Of a DNA stretch of 47,916 nucleotides, positions 1-11,900 are shown piece by piece (within the stretch, counting starts at the first letter, position 1; every line of letters starts with the position of its first letter). The stretch covers positions 68,594,587 to 68,642,502 of the forward strand of contig NC_068985.1 of assembly GCF_001194135.2 (NCBI RefSeq), in the 5' to 3' direction. A program made the position numbers and the translations under genes. The stretch comes from Octopus bimaculoides. Lineage: Eukaryota. The notes under the pieces were generated by a model that searched no databases, was not told the DNA's origin, and saw only the letters and a program-made list of their open reading frames with translations.

Positions 1-60
1 TATATATATATATATATATATACAGTGTGTGTGTGAGTGTGTATACGTGCGTGCGAGCGT
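1..60. repeat. (TA)n/(TG)n compound microsatellite
   Basis: tatatata... followed by gtgtgtgt at the window start. Confidence 0.9.
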
Positions 61-1140
61 TTGAGAGCGACACATGCAAAGAGAGAAGCTAAGAAACGTA
101 TTTCATTACTGTGATAACAATGCTATATAAATTGCAAATTAAACATTTGCACACTTTTCCGGGAGGAATTTTGGCTGACCAGACATCATTACCATATTTC
201 TTAAGGCAATGACCGTAGTAGAATGATAAGAATAGAATCACATGTTTAAGTGATAGCTCATTGAATGATTTTACTTCTCTTTTCTTCCCTTATTTCTTTA
301 TATCTTCAGGTTAATTATAGTGATACTATTTAAAAATGTATACGCTTTCGTCATCTGATGCTGGTTGGTTAAAGAAAGAAAAACACATGGGCTATTCGAA
401 CGTTTATTATCTTAAATATTGAACTGCCGGCTTTTGCAAAAGTAATTTTACAGTAATCTTTAATCAAACCACATATTTAATCACTAGCTTCCAGATATAT
501 TATAAATAGTTAGATCTGAGATGTTTTCAGAACTCCGTACGATAAGGTCTTTCACTTTTCGTTCAAAATTTAAATATTTTCAGCATCAGTTTTTCCTTTC
601 ATCTGATCATATAAGTTAAAGTATGTAACAATTATGTACAGAAATCTGTTCAGTTCACAACACAACTAAGCTACAATATGATGTTTCGCGCCTACGATGA
701 AAAAATACAACACTTTAGCATATAATTTTCCGATTCATGTAAATAAATGTGAAGTCTCTTTCAGTTCGTTCTGTTTTTAATGGCGGTTACGTTGCTCTCT
801 TTCCTTACTTCCCAAAATTTGAACCTTTCAGTGTTAAGGTTCATTATCATGTAATTCCCATTTATAAATGTTCTAAAAAACAGCCATGTGTTCTTTAATT
901 TAAATTTATTTGTGTTGTACATTATCCTCAATGATCACATGAAAGTTGTGTATATAAGTATACCGTGCAGTCTGGGCCGTTTTCTAAACCTTGTGAACAA
1001 TCCAGAACTCACTGATATTATGTCATTTTTCTCACACATGTTTGACTTATAAACCACTGCAAAAATGGACTGATAGCTCTTACTTTAATAGACTTTTAAC
1101 GTTTGGAGTTGCGTTTTGGATTGCGCTATTGAACCCATAT

Positions 1141-1284
1141 TACAGTGTACAATTCGACAATCGTTCAGGCTCCAGTTACATGGCTACACAGTGAAGAAGT
1201 TCAAGAAAAATCGGATTCTAGCATTTCCTTGCAGAGTAGCCAGTACAGTTTGGCCTTGCACGATTGTCGGATTCGTACAGGGTA
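1141..1284. other. Imperfect long inverted repeat (fold-back), possibly a decayed palindromic MITE
   Basis: cgacaatcgt (1155-1164) pairs with acgattgtcg (1260-1269) and tggctac (1181-1187) with gtagcca (1236-1242). The outer arms match at about 26 of 32 aligned columns and TA lies at both ends. Confidence 0.6.
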
Positions 1285-1454
1285 CGTTATAGAAACTTGT
1301 CAGATTATAACATTAAATGGATTTGAACATTGAGGGAGCACTCATATTACTTCTATAATCGTTTAATGGTACGCATCTCTCGCTGTGTTGTGCACTTTCC
1401 TACTGTTTGCACCAGCAGGTGAACACTGATCCCTCATTCTCTCTCCCTCCTCCT

Positions 1455-1580
1455 TATCTCTCTATATACACATATACACACATATATATTGTGTATACAT
1501 ATTTATATATATATATGCACACACACACACACACATATATATATGTACGTGTGTGTATGTATATGCGTACAGGTGTGTGT
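1455..1580. repeat. Compound (TA)n/(CA)n/(TG)n microsatellite
   Basis: Directly visible dinucleotide runs. Confidence 0.9.
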
Positions 1581-1923
1581 GTGGTTGTACCTGTCACACG
1601 ATGTTGGAGATTAAATTATTCAATTACTAGAACAACCTGCTGTTGAATTAGCGTGTAGTTCTTCCTACGAACCGACACTTGTACGTCTAACATAATTCCC
1701 AGGTAGATTCACTGTGACGTAGTCTGTGACAAAGCTGTAACTTTCGACTATCTTTCAGCTACGGTAGTAGTTGAATAATATTCTTAAGGCCGCAATTTAC
1801 TCTCACGTAGCATTTTTCAGAGCTACTCGCTAATTCAGCCCTTAATTTGTAATAAAATGTTTAGTTTTAATAAAAGCTAATATTTTCTAAGTCTAAATAT
1901 TTTATTTCAAATTTTATTCTTAG

Positions 1924-2038
1924 CTGCAATATTTCAAGTAAAAATTTTCTTGGTCTGTACTTTACCAAATGCAGTTAGCTATCCTGAACTTTACCAAGTG
2001 TAATAACTTGTCCTGTAATTTTCCAAGTTTATAATATT
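1924..2038. repeat. Degenerate ~29-bp minisatellite, 3-4 units
   Basis: Units begin ctgcaatatttcaagt (1924), ctgtactttaccaaat (1955), ctgaactttaccaagt (1984) and ctgtaattttccaagt (2013). Confidence 0.55.
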
Positions 2039-2576
2039 AAAAACACTATTTCTCTTGCTCGCACTTTTCCATATAATAAATACTATTCAGCTGATAGCAG
2101 TCTAGAATGTTTCCGCCCCCAAAAATTTACTCCTAAATTATGGAACGATCCGAAGTTATTGAAAATCATATTTACCCTAAATGCTAATCAGTATGCAAAC
2201 AGAAAATCAGTAACATCACATATTTGTGATGTTACAAATTTTGAACAATTCTGTCATAATGTAGCTACATTTATATTATCTTATGTCGATAAGCAAACAC
2301 CAATCTTTTCAGCGACATGTGCTAAAACGTCTGACAAAACGCATCTGGATCTCTCTTAAGTCATTGGTAATATGATGCCTGCCTTGCATCGATATGTTTT
2401 GTGTATGATTGCACCACGTGTCTATGAAGAGAATTTCTCGCTAATTGTTTAATTGTTTATTCTAATTTATTATATGGTTTATTTCTGAAACTATTCATCG
2501 TTCACTCTGCAGATCATCAGATTTTTGGCAAATAATTAATGGTCATGAGCACCTCTTTGAAAGTATAAAATGATTT

Positions 2577-2804
2577 GATGTGTGGTAAGTAGCTTGTTTA
2601 CCAACCACATGGTTACGGGTTCAGTCCCACTGTGTGGGACCTCGGGCAAGTGTCTTCTACTATAGCCTCGGGCCGACCAAACCCTTGTGAGTGGATTTGG
2701 TAGACGAAAACTGAAAGAAACCTGTCGTGTATATATATNNNNNNNNNNNNNNNNNNNNNNNNNNNNNNNNNNNNNNNNNNNNNNNNNNNNNNNNNNNNNN
2801 NNNN

Positions 2805-2838
<34 letters not shown>

Positions 2839-3035
2839 CGTGTGTATGTGTATTTGTTTGTGTTTCTGTGTTTGTTCCCAACATCGCTTGACAACCGATG
2901 TTAGTGTGTTTACGTCCCCGTAACCTAGCGGTTCGGCAAAAGAGACCGTAGTCTAAGTACTAGGCTTACAAGGAATAAGTCCTGTGATCGATTTCTTCGA
3001 CTAAAGGCGGTACTCCAGTATGACCACAGTCAAAT
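2577..3035 (+). mobile_element. tRNA-derived SINE (octopus-type family 1) with internal (TA)n/(TG)n tract
   Basis: Head tgtggtaagtagcttgtttaccaaccacatggttacgggttcagtccc with a B-box-like ggttcagtccc, core gggcaagtgtcttctactatagcc, an internal microsatellite and gap, and tail gactaaaggcggtactccag. Homologous reversed copies lie at 32513 and 34189. Confidence 0.85.
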
Positions 3036-3889
3036 ATGTGTAATAAGTAAAAAAGTGAAAGAGTAAAGAGTAACACCTACGGGGATCCTACAGATATGGC
3101 GTTGTCATACGGTAATTCTTGGACCATAAAACATTGCAGAGTACGCGCCACCGTTGGCCTTACTATATCTTATCAATTCCGGAGAGAAAAATAAAAAAAT
3201 CAGTAGAGGGTGGAGAGATATGAATGTAGTATGATAGATAAAGTTTGAGCGAGTAAAGAAAAAATTAATCGTTGCCGAAGATAAAGAAAGCAATGATCAC
3301 CTCCACGGAATTTGAATTCACATTACTGTGAATGTGCAATTGCACAGCTGTTGTTATACTAAGAATATGCCGAAAACATCAGAAACTATTCTTTTTTTCT
3401 TTTGGCCATCATTTATTATTCGCTAAGTGTGTCTGTAAAAGTGTTTCTGCAGAAGAATATCTGTTAACGTGCATATGTTTCCTGTGATAAATCTCATTGG
3501 CATCAGTGCTTTGAATTATTGTTTATGTCCCTCGAAAGTTTTCCGTAAACTTATCTCCCGACAGCAAATTATTTCTGGCATGTAGAACAATACATGTTTT
3601 TGCTGCTTTAGACCTTTTGTACAGTAGTCATACATTCATTAGAGTTGTTATGGGTACACCATTAAGAATTTGAGTTTCTGATGATGATCAATACACGATT
3701 GGTCATATGTTATCTCTAAGATGTGTGAGACTGGATACTTCTGTCTGCCGTTGATTGTAAAAATTCTATAGTCAACGGTAGTGAATCTTTATCTAACGAA
3801 TACTTTATTTGTTAGATGAAGAGTCATTGCCGTTTACCACAACTAAGTGTCAACAGAAATAGATTATAACAGTAGGGAAGAGAACGAAC

Positions 3890-4720
3890 CGCGTTAAACT
3901 TGTTCCAGCAGATGTATGACAAAAGCGTCTCAGCAATAAATATCGTATATATCGTTGCCTTCCATGAAGGTTACCGAAAACTGCGAGACACCATCTGTTG
4001 CAAGAAGATACAAGTCATACTCCTATCATCAACAATCAAGATAAACAATGGGAAACCAGCCATTGGAATTGAGGGAGATGTATTAGGAATCATGAATCAT
4101 TTTCCTTGACCCTGAAGTCATCTCTTTCAATACCGACGCCGACGACGAAAACCATCATCATCTCAAAAGCCCCGGTGCTGCCTTTCGCCGTCTCAGAACT
4201 AAAGTCTTCTAGAATCGAGATGTTCGAACTGACATAAAAATAATGTCATACAAAGAACTAGTCATTCCCACACTCTTATCCGCATCCGGTTACTGGATTA
4301 CGTATAGAAGACACAAAACTTCTTGAAAAGTAAAAAACAACGCTGTCTTCGCAGTATCAGCTGGGAAGAAAAAAGGGGAAACACTAGTGTTGAAAGAACC
4401 TAACATGACTTCCATTGAAACTATCATTATCTAGAAACCGCTGAGATAGCCCGGTCACATTGCCCGGAATAAAAACAACCGTCTACTGAAGCAGATTCTT
4501 TATTTCCAACTAAAAGAAGGAAATTGAAGAAGAGGGCAAAAGAACAGATTCAAAGATGTCCTGATAGCCAACTTCAAGAAATCTAGTATTGATGTTGAGA
4601 ACGAGGAAATGAATGCGCAAGATTGAGAACGCGGGAGATCCATTATCAAAGAAAGACTAACTTTTGAAACCAGTAAAACTACCGAGCAAGAAGAAAGGAG
4701 GCACAGAAAAGACAGATAAG
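3890..4720 (+). mobile_element. RTE-clade LINE, decayed RT C-terminal and thumb region
   Basis: Frameshifted translation gives IEGDVLGIMNHFP..HLKSPGAAFRRLRTKVF*NRDVRTDIKIMSYKELVIPTLL..QRCLRSI SWEE..GHIAR..NRLLKQILYFQLKEG..RFKDVLIANFKK, the typical RTE/BovB ORF C-terminus. Confidence 0.85.
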
Positions 4721-5941
4721 AATCCCCTGTCCCATATGTGGAAGGAACTTTCGAGTAACAACTGAACTCTTCAGTCACCTCAGAATCCATAACGTAAAAT
4801 AAATAAAAATAAAGACCATCAGGTTCGACCCCAAGTGCTAACCTCGAAAACAAATAATTGTCGATGAGCTTTAAAATTATGAAGGCTTTAACTCATATAT
4901 TTATCGGGACAAGCATTTATTCCCCTTTTTGGTCGAGGTTATGCTAAATTATTTTTGATATTCTTCTCTGAAGCCAAATTAGCGCTGAGTGAGCAGATAT
5001 TATCAAATCATTCCACACACTCATTATCACGCAATCTTTATGAGACATTTATTTTCCTTTAAATACGGCAGTGAATCTTACTGCTAATCCTAGTAGTATG
5101 ACCGGCCAGAGAATGCTATCTTCGTTGGTGCAGGNNNNNNNNNNNNNNNNNNNNNNNNNNNNNNNNNNNNNNNNNNNNNNNNNNNNNNNNNNNNNNNNNN
5201 NNNNNNNNNNNNNNNNNNNNNNNNNNNNNNNNNNNNNNNNNNNNNNNNNNNNNNNNNNNNNNNNNNNNNNNNNNNNNNNNNNNNNNNNNNNNNNNNNNNN
5301 NNNNNNNNNNNNNNNNNNNNNNNNNNNNNNNNNNNNNNNNNNNNNNNNNNNNNNNNNNNNNNNNNNNNNNNNNNNNNNNNNNNNNNNNNNNNNNNNNNNN
5401 NNNNNNNNNNNNNNNNNNNNNNNNNNNNNNNNNNNNNNNNNNNNNNNNNNNNNNNNNNNNNNNNNNNNNNNNNNNNNNNNNNNNNNNNNNNNNNNNNNNN
5501 NNNNNNNNNNNNNNNNNNNNNNNNNNNNNNNNNNNNNNNNNNNNNNNNNNNNNNNNNNNNNNNNNNNNNNNNNNNNNNNNNNNNNNNNNNNNNNNNNNNN
5601 NNNNNNNNNNNNNNNNNNNNNNNNNNNNNNNNNNNNNNNNNNNNNNNNNNNNNNNNNNNNNNNNNNNNNNNNNNNNNNNNNNNNNNNNNNNNNNNNNNNN
5701 NNNNNNNNNNNNNNNNNNNNNNNNNNNNNNNNNNNNNNNNNNNNNNNNNNNNNNNNNNNNNNNNNNNNNNNNNNNNNNNNNNNNNNNNNNNNNNNNNNNN
5801 NNNNNNNNNNNNNNNNNNNNNNNNNNNNNNNNNNNNNNNNNNNNNNNNNNNNNNNNNNNNNNNNNNNNNNNNNNNNNNNNNNGTGCTCTTCTAGATATAA
5901 TTATGTATATGTAAATATGGATAGTAGTTAGCAGTGACCTA

Positions 5942-7195
5942 TCAGGTCATCCTATAAGTCCTGTCCGATTTTACCTTTTTTAAAATTGAATGAAATTTAA
6001 TAGTATTTTAGAATGTCTAATTGAATTAAAAATTAATTTTATGTATTTGTGTACATTTGAACTAATTAAATATTAGTTCAGAGAATAATAGAATTAAAAT
6101 TGCTTTGATTAAAACCCTTTCTAACATGGAAGTATCTAAAGACCATTTAGGCACACGATGCTTTATGAGTACGAAAATGGAAACTCTGCAGCCGAAGCGA
6201 CTCGAAACATACACTCAGTTTATGGGAAAGAATGCTTGAATGAAAGAACTTGTAGAAGATGGTTTGCAAAATTCAGAAGTAGAGATTTCAGCCTTGAAGA
6301 TGAAGATCGAACAGGAAGTCCAGTTGAATTTGATAATAAGCTCCTTGAGGCATTACTTGAATAAAATCCTGCATTATCAGTTGAAGAATTGGCAATNNNN
6401 NNNNNNNNNNNNNNNNNNNNNNNNNNNNNNNNNNNNNNNNNNNNNNNNNNNNNNNNNNNNNNNNNNNNNNNNNNNNNNNNNNNNNNNNNNNNNNNNNNNN
6501 NNNNNNNNNNNNNNNNNNNNNNNNNNNNNNNNNNNNNNNNNNNNNNNNNNNNNNNNNNGCAACCACAAATCCCGAGTTAATATCTGCTCTTCTCCCGTTC
6601 TTGCGAACTCATTTCACCCATTTAGGATAGACTTGTGACTGGTGATGAAAAATGGATCTTCTATCGAAATGTTAAACGTCGTAAACAGTGGCTTGGTAAA
6701 AGGGAAATAGCTTAAACACAACCGAGAAGGGAACTTCATGGACACAATTTCTTCTATCTGTCTGGTGGGATTGCAAAGTAGTAATTCACTTTGAATTGTT
6801 ACCACCTAATGCAACAATCAACGCTCAAGTCTACTGTCAGCAATTAGAGCGTTTGAACCAAGCTTTGAAGAAAAAAGGACTCGATTTAGTAAATCGAAAA
6901 GGAATGGTTTTATCAGGACAATGACCACACAATGTAAATATCACATCAAAGACGAGCTTGTTTGGGAAACAATTCCTCATCCACCTTATTCTCCCGACCT
7001 TACTTCTTCAGACTACCATTTGTTTCGTAGTTTACAGAATCATTTTGGGGACATAAGTTTCGCAAGCAAGAAGTAGGTCGAAACTGACATTTCAGAGTTC
7101 TTCGCTTTGAGACCAAAATGGCTTTACATTGATGGGATTAAAAAGTTTGTAAATAGATGGAAAGAAATCATAGATAATCAAGGGAAGTACATTAT
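5942..7195 (+). mobile_element. Mariner (DD34D) DNA transposon, decayed; 3' TIR not evident
   Basis: TA followed by a TIR-like tcaggtcatcctataagtcctgtccg at the 5' end, then transposase motifs. Confidence 0.9.
6126..7195 (+). pseudogene. Mariner transposase pseudogene (frameshifts, stops, internal gap)
   Basis: HTH region MEVSKDH..MLYEYENGNSAAEATRNIHSVYG..CRRWFAKFRSRDFSLEDEDRTG. Catalytic region LVTGDEKWIFY, SVWWD, HFELLPPNATINAQVYCQQLERL, PHPPYSPDLTSSDYHLFRSLQNH. Confidence 0.9.
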
Positions 7196-7656
7196 ATTTC
7201 AATTGACTATAACATTTGATCACTAGGCATACATATTGTGTGTGAGAGAAGGGAGAGATAAGGAGAGAAAAATGGTGTCAGGGAGAACAATCTATTGGTA
7301 GCAGATGATATGGCTTAGAAAGTTTACACATGCTGCTATGCGCATGCGCGTGTGTGTGAGTTTCTTTCGTAATGTTCTGATACTAAATGCTATAATGACG
7401 TGTGTTTGCAAAGAGATGAGATTTATGTTTATAAAATTCTTTTCCCACAGACGTATTTAGTTTCCAATTATATTTCAAAAATCATACGCTTTTACTTGTA
7501 TATATTTGTGTTGCGGGAGTGAATTTAGCTTTTAAAGAGAGACAACAATACTGAAACTGGGGTAAAATTATTGATGTGGATTTCAGTACCGCATTGTGCA
7601 TGTCTTTATATGAGCAATTTTTAGTGTACAAATTTGAGTCGTATTAGGGTAGGTAT

Positions 7657-8040
7657 AAAAGTGAGTTCAAAAATTTTCTGACTTTAATTTTTCCTGCGAA
7701 ACTAATGCCGCGTGGGTAAAATCCTTTGGGCCAAATATGACGCCACCATTCCTACACATGCGTTAAAACTTTTGAATCGGTAGGCCGCATCATTTACAGG
7801 CTGTTACATGCAGAGTGTAGATGCGCACTGCAGGCTCATCATGGCTTTACAGATGTATAATGTGCGTATTACATTCTACTCTTGGCACAATAAGCGGGTA
7901 ATGATCCGATCTACCGGCGCAAATATTTTGATGTATGCGCATGAAAGATGGTGTCACATTTCAAACAAAGGGTTTCCCCAATACCACAGAAGCTTTGGCG
8001 GGAGCAAATAAGGTCGGATACTCTTTGAGCGCACATCGGA
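7657..8040 (+). mobile_element. Internally deleted mariner-like element with degenerate TIRs
   Basis: Left end gtgagttcaaaaattttctgac versus reverse complement of right end gtgcgctcaaagagtatccgac. KRVMIRS resembles a mariner transposase N-terminus. Confidence 0.45.
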
Positions 8041-8929
8041 CATATATGAATAGGATCATAATTACATAAGTGTATACTTATAGATATATAGTTATATGTT
8101 TAAGTATTACACATTCATATACACATTTATGTATATGTATGTGTGTCTCTTAATATATTGCTATATATCTATGTTTATATATGCCTATGTTTCGACTCCG
8201 TATGTGCAAGTATGGTAGTATGTGTTTCAGGATGTGTGCATACGTGAATTCACGAATAAATATGTATTAGAGCATGCATTCATTGCTTAAGAATCATAAG
8301 ATATTAGCACTGTTGCTAAAAATAGGCACATTGGGAACATTAGAACGCTGGGATCAGGTTAAAACGTTATAAGAAAATAGCGGGGATCAATCAAGGGATC
8401 TTTTATGTATCTTTAAAAACTAGCCAAATATTCATATAGCTATCATGACTGGGAACTATTGAAATAGTTACTGTCAACTAATCCTATTAGACATGCAAGA
8501 TTATCTCATGCGAGCAAACATGAAGGCATGCATGAAAAGAGCAATACATATATGCTCTCTCACTTCTCTCTCTTTCTCTTAATGTGTATACATACATACA
8601 CACATACATGTATACACACATACGTATGTGTATGTTATCGTGTGTTTGTATAGAGTAGGAGTGGTGTGTAGTGTGTTATCAATAGTGATGAGCGAATGCA
8701 ATCATTTGTGTAATGCTAATTCTTGTATATTTTAATAATTATAATAATAATAAAAATAAAAATAATAATGATAAAATCACAAGAATTTTTCGGCGTACCT
8801 GCATGATTATTACCCTATTTTCAACACGATTCTTCATTATTTCAGCAGTGTATTAGCGTAAAAATTGAATATACTTTCAACTGATGTCATCTATAAATGG
8901 TTGTAAATGCATGCATACATTGTTTTTAT

Positions 8930-8933
8930 TATA

Positions 8934-8981
<48 letters not shown>
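8930..8981. repeat. (TA)n microsatellite
   Basis: Near-perfect TA run. Confidence 0.95.
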
Positions 8982-8984
<3 letters not shown>

Positions 8985-11900
8985 GACATGCTGGAAAAAA
9001 ACATATAGTATTTTGCGAGTGGAATGAGTCTTCATCACTAGTTGGTGATTGATTAACACACGCTGAAGACCGGTAACAAACCAGAAATACGAGTCTGTAT
9101 GTATCACGTAAGGCTAGAAATGGAAGCGATGACCTCCCCTTGCAAATTCTAATCTGATATAGAATGCGTGCCGTTAGCCAGCTCGAAGAGATTTCTTCCT
9201 GGGTCTATACACGTCAATAGCACTGGCCTGTATAGAACATCACACTTTGTTGGCAATTATNNNNNNNNNNNNNNNNNNNNNNNNNNNNNNNNNNNNNNNN
9301 NNNNNNNNNNNNNNNNNNNNNNNNNNNNNNNNNNNNNNNNNNNNNNNNNNNNNNNNNNNNNNNNNNNNNNNNNNNNNNNNNNNNNNNNNNNNNNNNNNNN
9401 NNNNNNNNNNNNNNNNNNNNNNNNNNNNNNNNNNNNNNNNNNNNNNNNNNNNNNNNNNNNNNNNNNNNNNNNNNNNNNNNNNNNNNNNNNNNNNNNNNNN
9501 NNNNNNNNNNNNNNNNNNNNNNNNNNNNNNNNNNNNNNNNNNNNNNNNNNNNNNNNNNNNNNNNNNNNNNNNNNNNNNNNNNNNNNNNNNNNNNNNNNNN
9601 NNNNNNNNNNNTTCCGATCTTTTAATCGATGCCTTATTTAACACTAAATTAGTTAGAAGTAAGAGTATCATTTTAACCTAAAATAAGACTTCGATTTGAT
9701 TAGGGTTGAAATGTTTTTGTTTAATACTGTTTAATATTTCATTATATTTTATGCGATAAATAACTAGTCTATTTCATTTCTTTGTATATACAGTATAATG
9801 TTTTTTTTTATTATGACTTAAGCTATATATAGTTTAATCTTTCATTCATAATAATTTTTTCATTCATAATTTTTTCATTCATATTTTTATTTCTAATAAA
9901 ACTTCAGTTCTGATTTTAACGTCTAAGTTTCAGTTTGAACTACAACAACATTTTGATTAGTATAGTTTTTACGTTGTTTAACGACTTTATATCATTGTTT
10001 GAATAAAATAAGTATTCTTGTATTTTTTTACTATTCAATTGATTTTAATGATAATTAAAAAAAAACGTTTTTAGTCGTAAATAGTCTAGTTTAAACTATT
10101 GCATCGTTCAAATATGTGCTAATACTATCTTTATTATTATTTTAACCTTAAACTTCCTTCAAATTTTTTTTTAAAGAAAAAATTGTTTCAGTTGGTTTTT
10201 GTATATAATATACATGTTAGCATATATTATAATGGACGTAGGGTTGATTATGGAATTTTTATTATTTTGATATTTTTATGAATATTTTTCTATCTTTATA
10301 TAATAAGTATTTTATATAAATTAATTTGTTATTTATTGTTGGTTGATATATACATTCATTTATTATTATTATTGTTGTATTTTGACCTGAAAATTAGTTA
10401 TATTTTTTAATAGAATTGATTTTCGATAGTTTTAATCGATTTTAATCGATTTAAATTTCCTTTCCTTTTGAAAAACAAGTTGTGAAACACGTGTAGCAAT
10501 TTTATTATCTTAATCTTATGATATTTATTTTGTATTATATTATACTTATTTATTGTGATTTTAATTATTAATTTTTTTATGTGACAGTGGATTTTCATCG
10601 ATGAGTTCATGAACCTTGGTTCTTTTCCATAAAACTATATATTTATATATATTTTATACTGTGAAACTTAATTTAATTTAAAGGGTATTATATTGAATGA
10701 GTTTTGATGAGGACCTCCGATTCAAGCAGATGTATTTCTATACTTATAGCTCTATACACATGATATGTGAATTGATATCTCCTACTAAAATGCGTATGTC
10801 TTTCTAATAGAGGACTGTTCTTGTTTTACAGATTCCAGAAATAACTTTATGATGTCTTATTTATAACTCATAATAGCTTGACATCAACGGTTGTTCGTGC
10901 ATGTACTTAAAATGTGTATTTACGATTGAATGAAAATACATCTCAAAACTCGAAGTAAGGCTGAAATCTCTCTTCGAGAACAACAACAAAAAAATAATAA
11001 ATAAAGTGATCTACATAACCGGACGAACTCTGTAATAGAAACTATGCACGCACAAAAATAACTTCGACGGGTCATCTTTGGTATTAGTAAACGGAAGATT
11101 GAGATAAATATGTGTTAAGCAGTACACTCTGTTACTTAACATCTCAGGAGCCAGTACAGAAGACCAAATCTTAGAACTAATTAAGGAATACTTCACACCT
11201 GATATACATCATAATATATTTTACAGAAATATATTTAATCTGCCTTACTTCGCCATTGTAAATATTTCTCTCACGTTTGTTTCTCCAAACCTTTCTAAAT
11301 TTTATCACACTTATCGGTAATTATGTCATCACCGACTAACTGCTACAACTACCTCAAATTAATAAAAATAGAAAACGATACATGACTCGAATACAGCGAA
11401 CCTCCTCATCGGTGAAGATATCGGTGTCGAAGAGTTTTCCGTTTGCTTCAACATGAGATTGTCTTTCCATTTGGGGGATCAATAATGGAAACGTTATAAA
11501 TCATGTAATCACAAATGATTCTGAACTATCAATACTGCGATTAAGAATGTACCTACCTATAGCGTAGAATTGTTTTCAAGTTCGTATTGATTGATGTACG
11601 CGAATAAATATTTCTTAGCTGCAGATATAAATACATAAATTTGGCCAACGGTTTTCAGTGTTCTTATCCATTACAACTATGTCTCGCAGGGCCTTTTCAT
11701 TAGTTATTCGTGAGAAACACATCCTATTCACACTTTTTGCTCGAGCAACTTAAAGCAGGTACTAAACTAATATTTATGAGAAATCGTGCGAGAGTATAGA
11801 TCGTAAACGATAGAATTTGAAGAATATGTTTCATAGAATTCATAAGAGATTTGATAAGCATTCTTATATATAGTGTATGAGAGATATATAAATCAATATA

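Noticed and set aside
5071-5931. Long ORFs in the track filled with X (also 9168, 27121, 31364, 35699 and 44354 regions)
   Set aside because: They merely span N gaps and are not evidence of coding sequence
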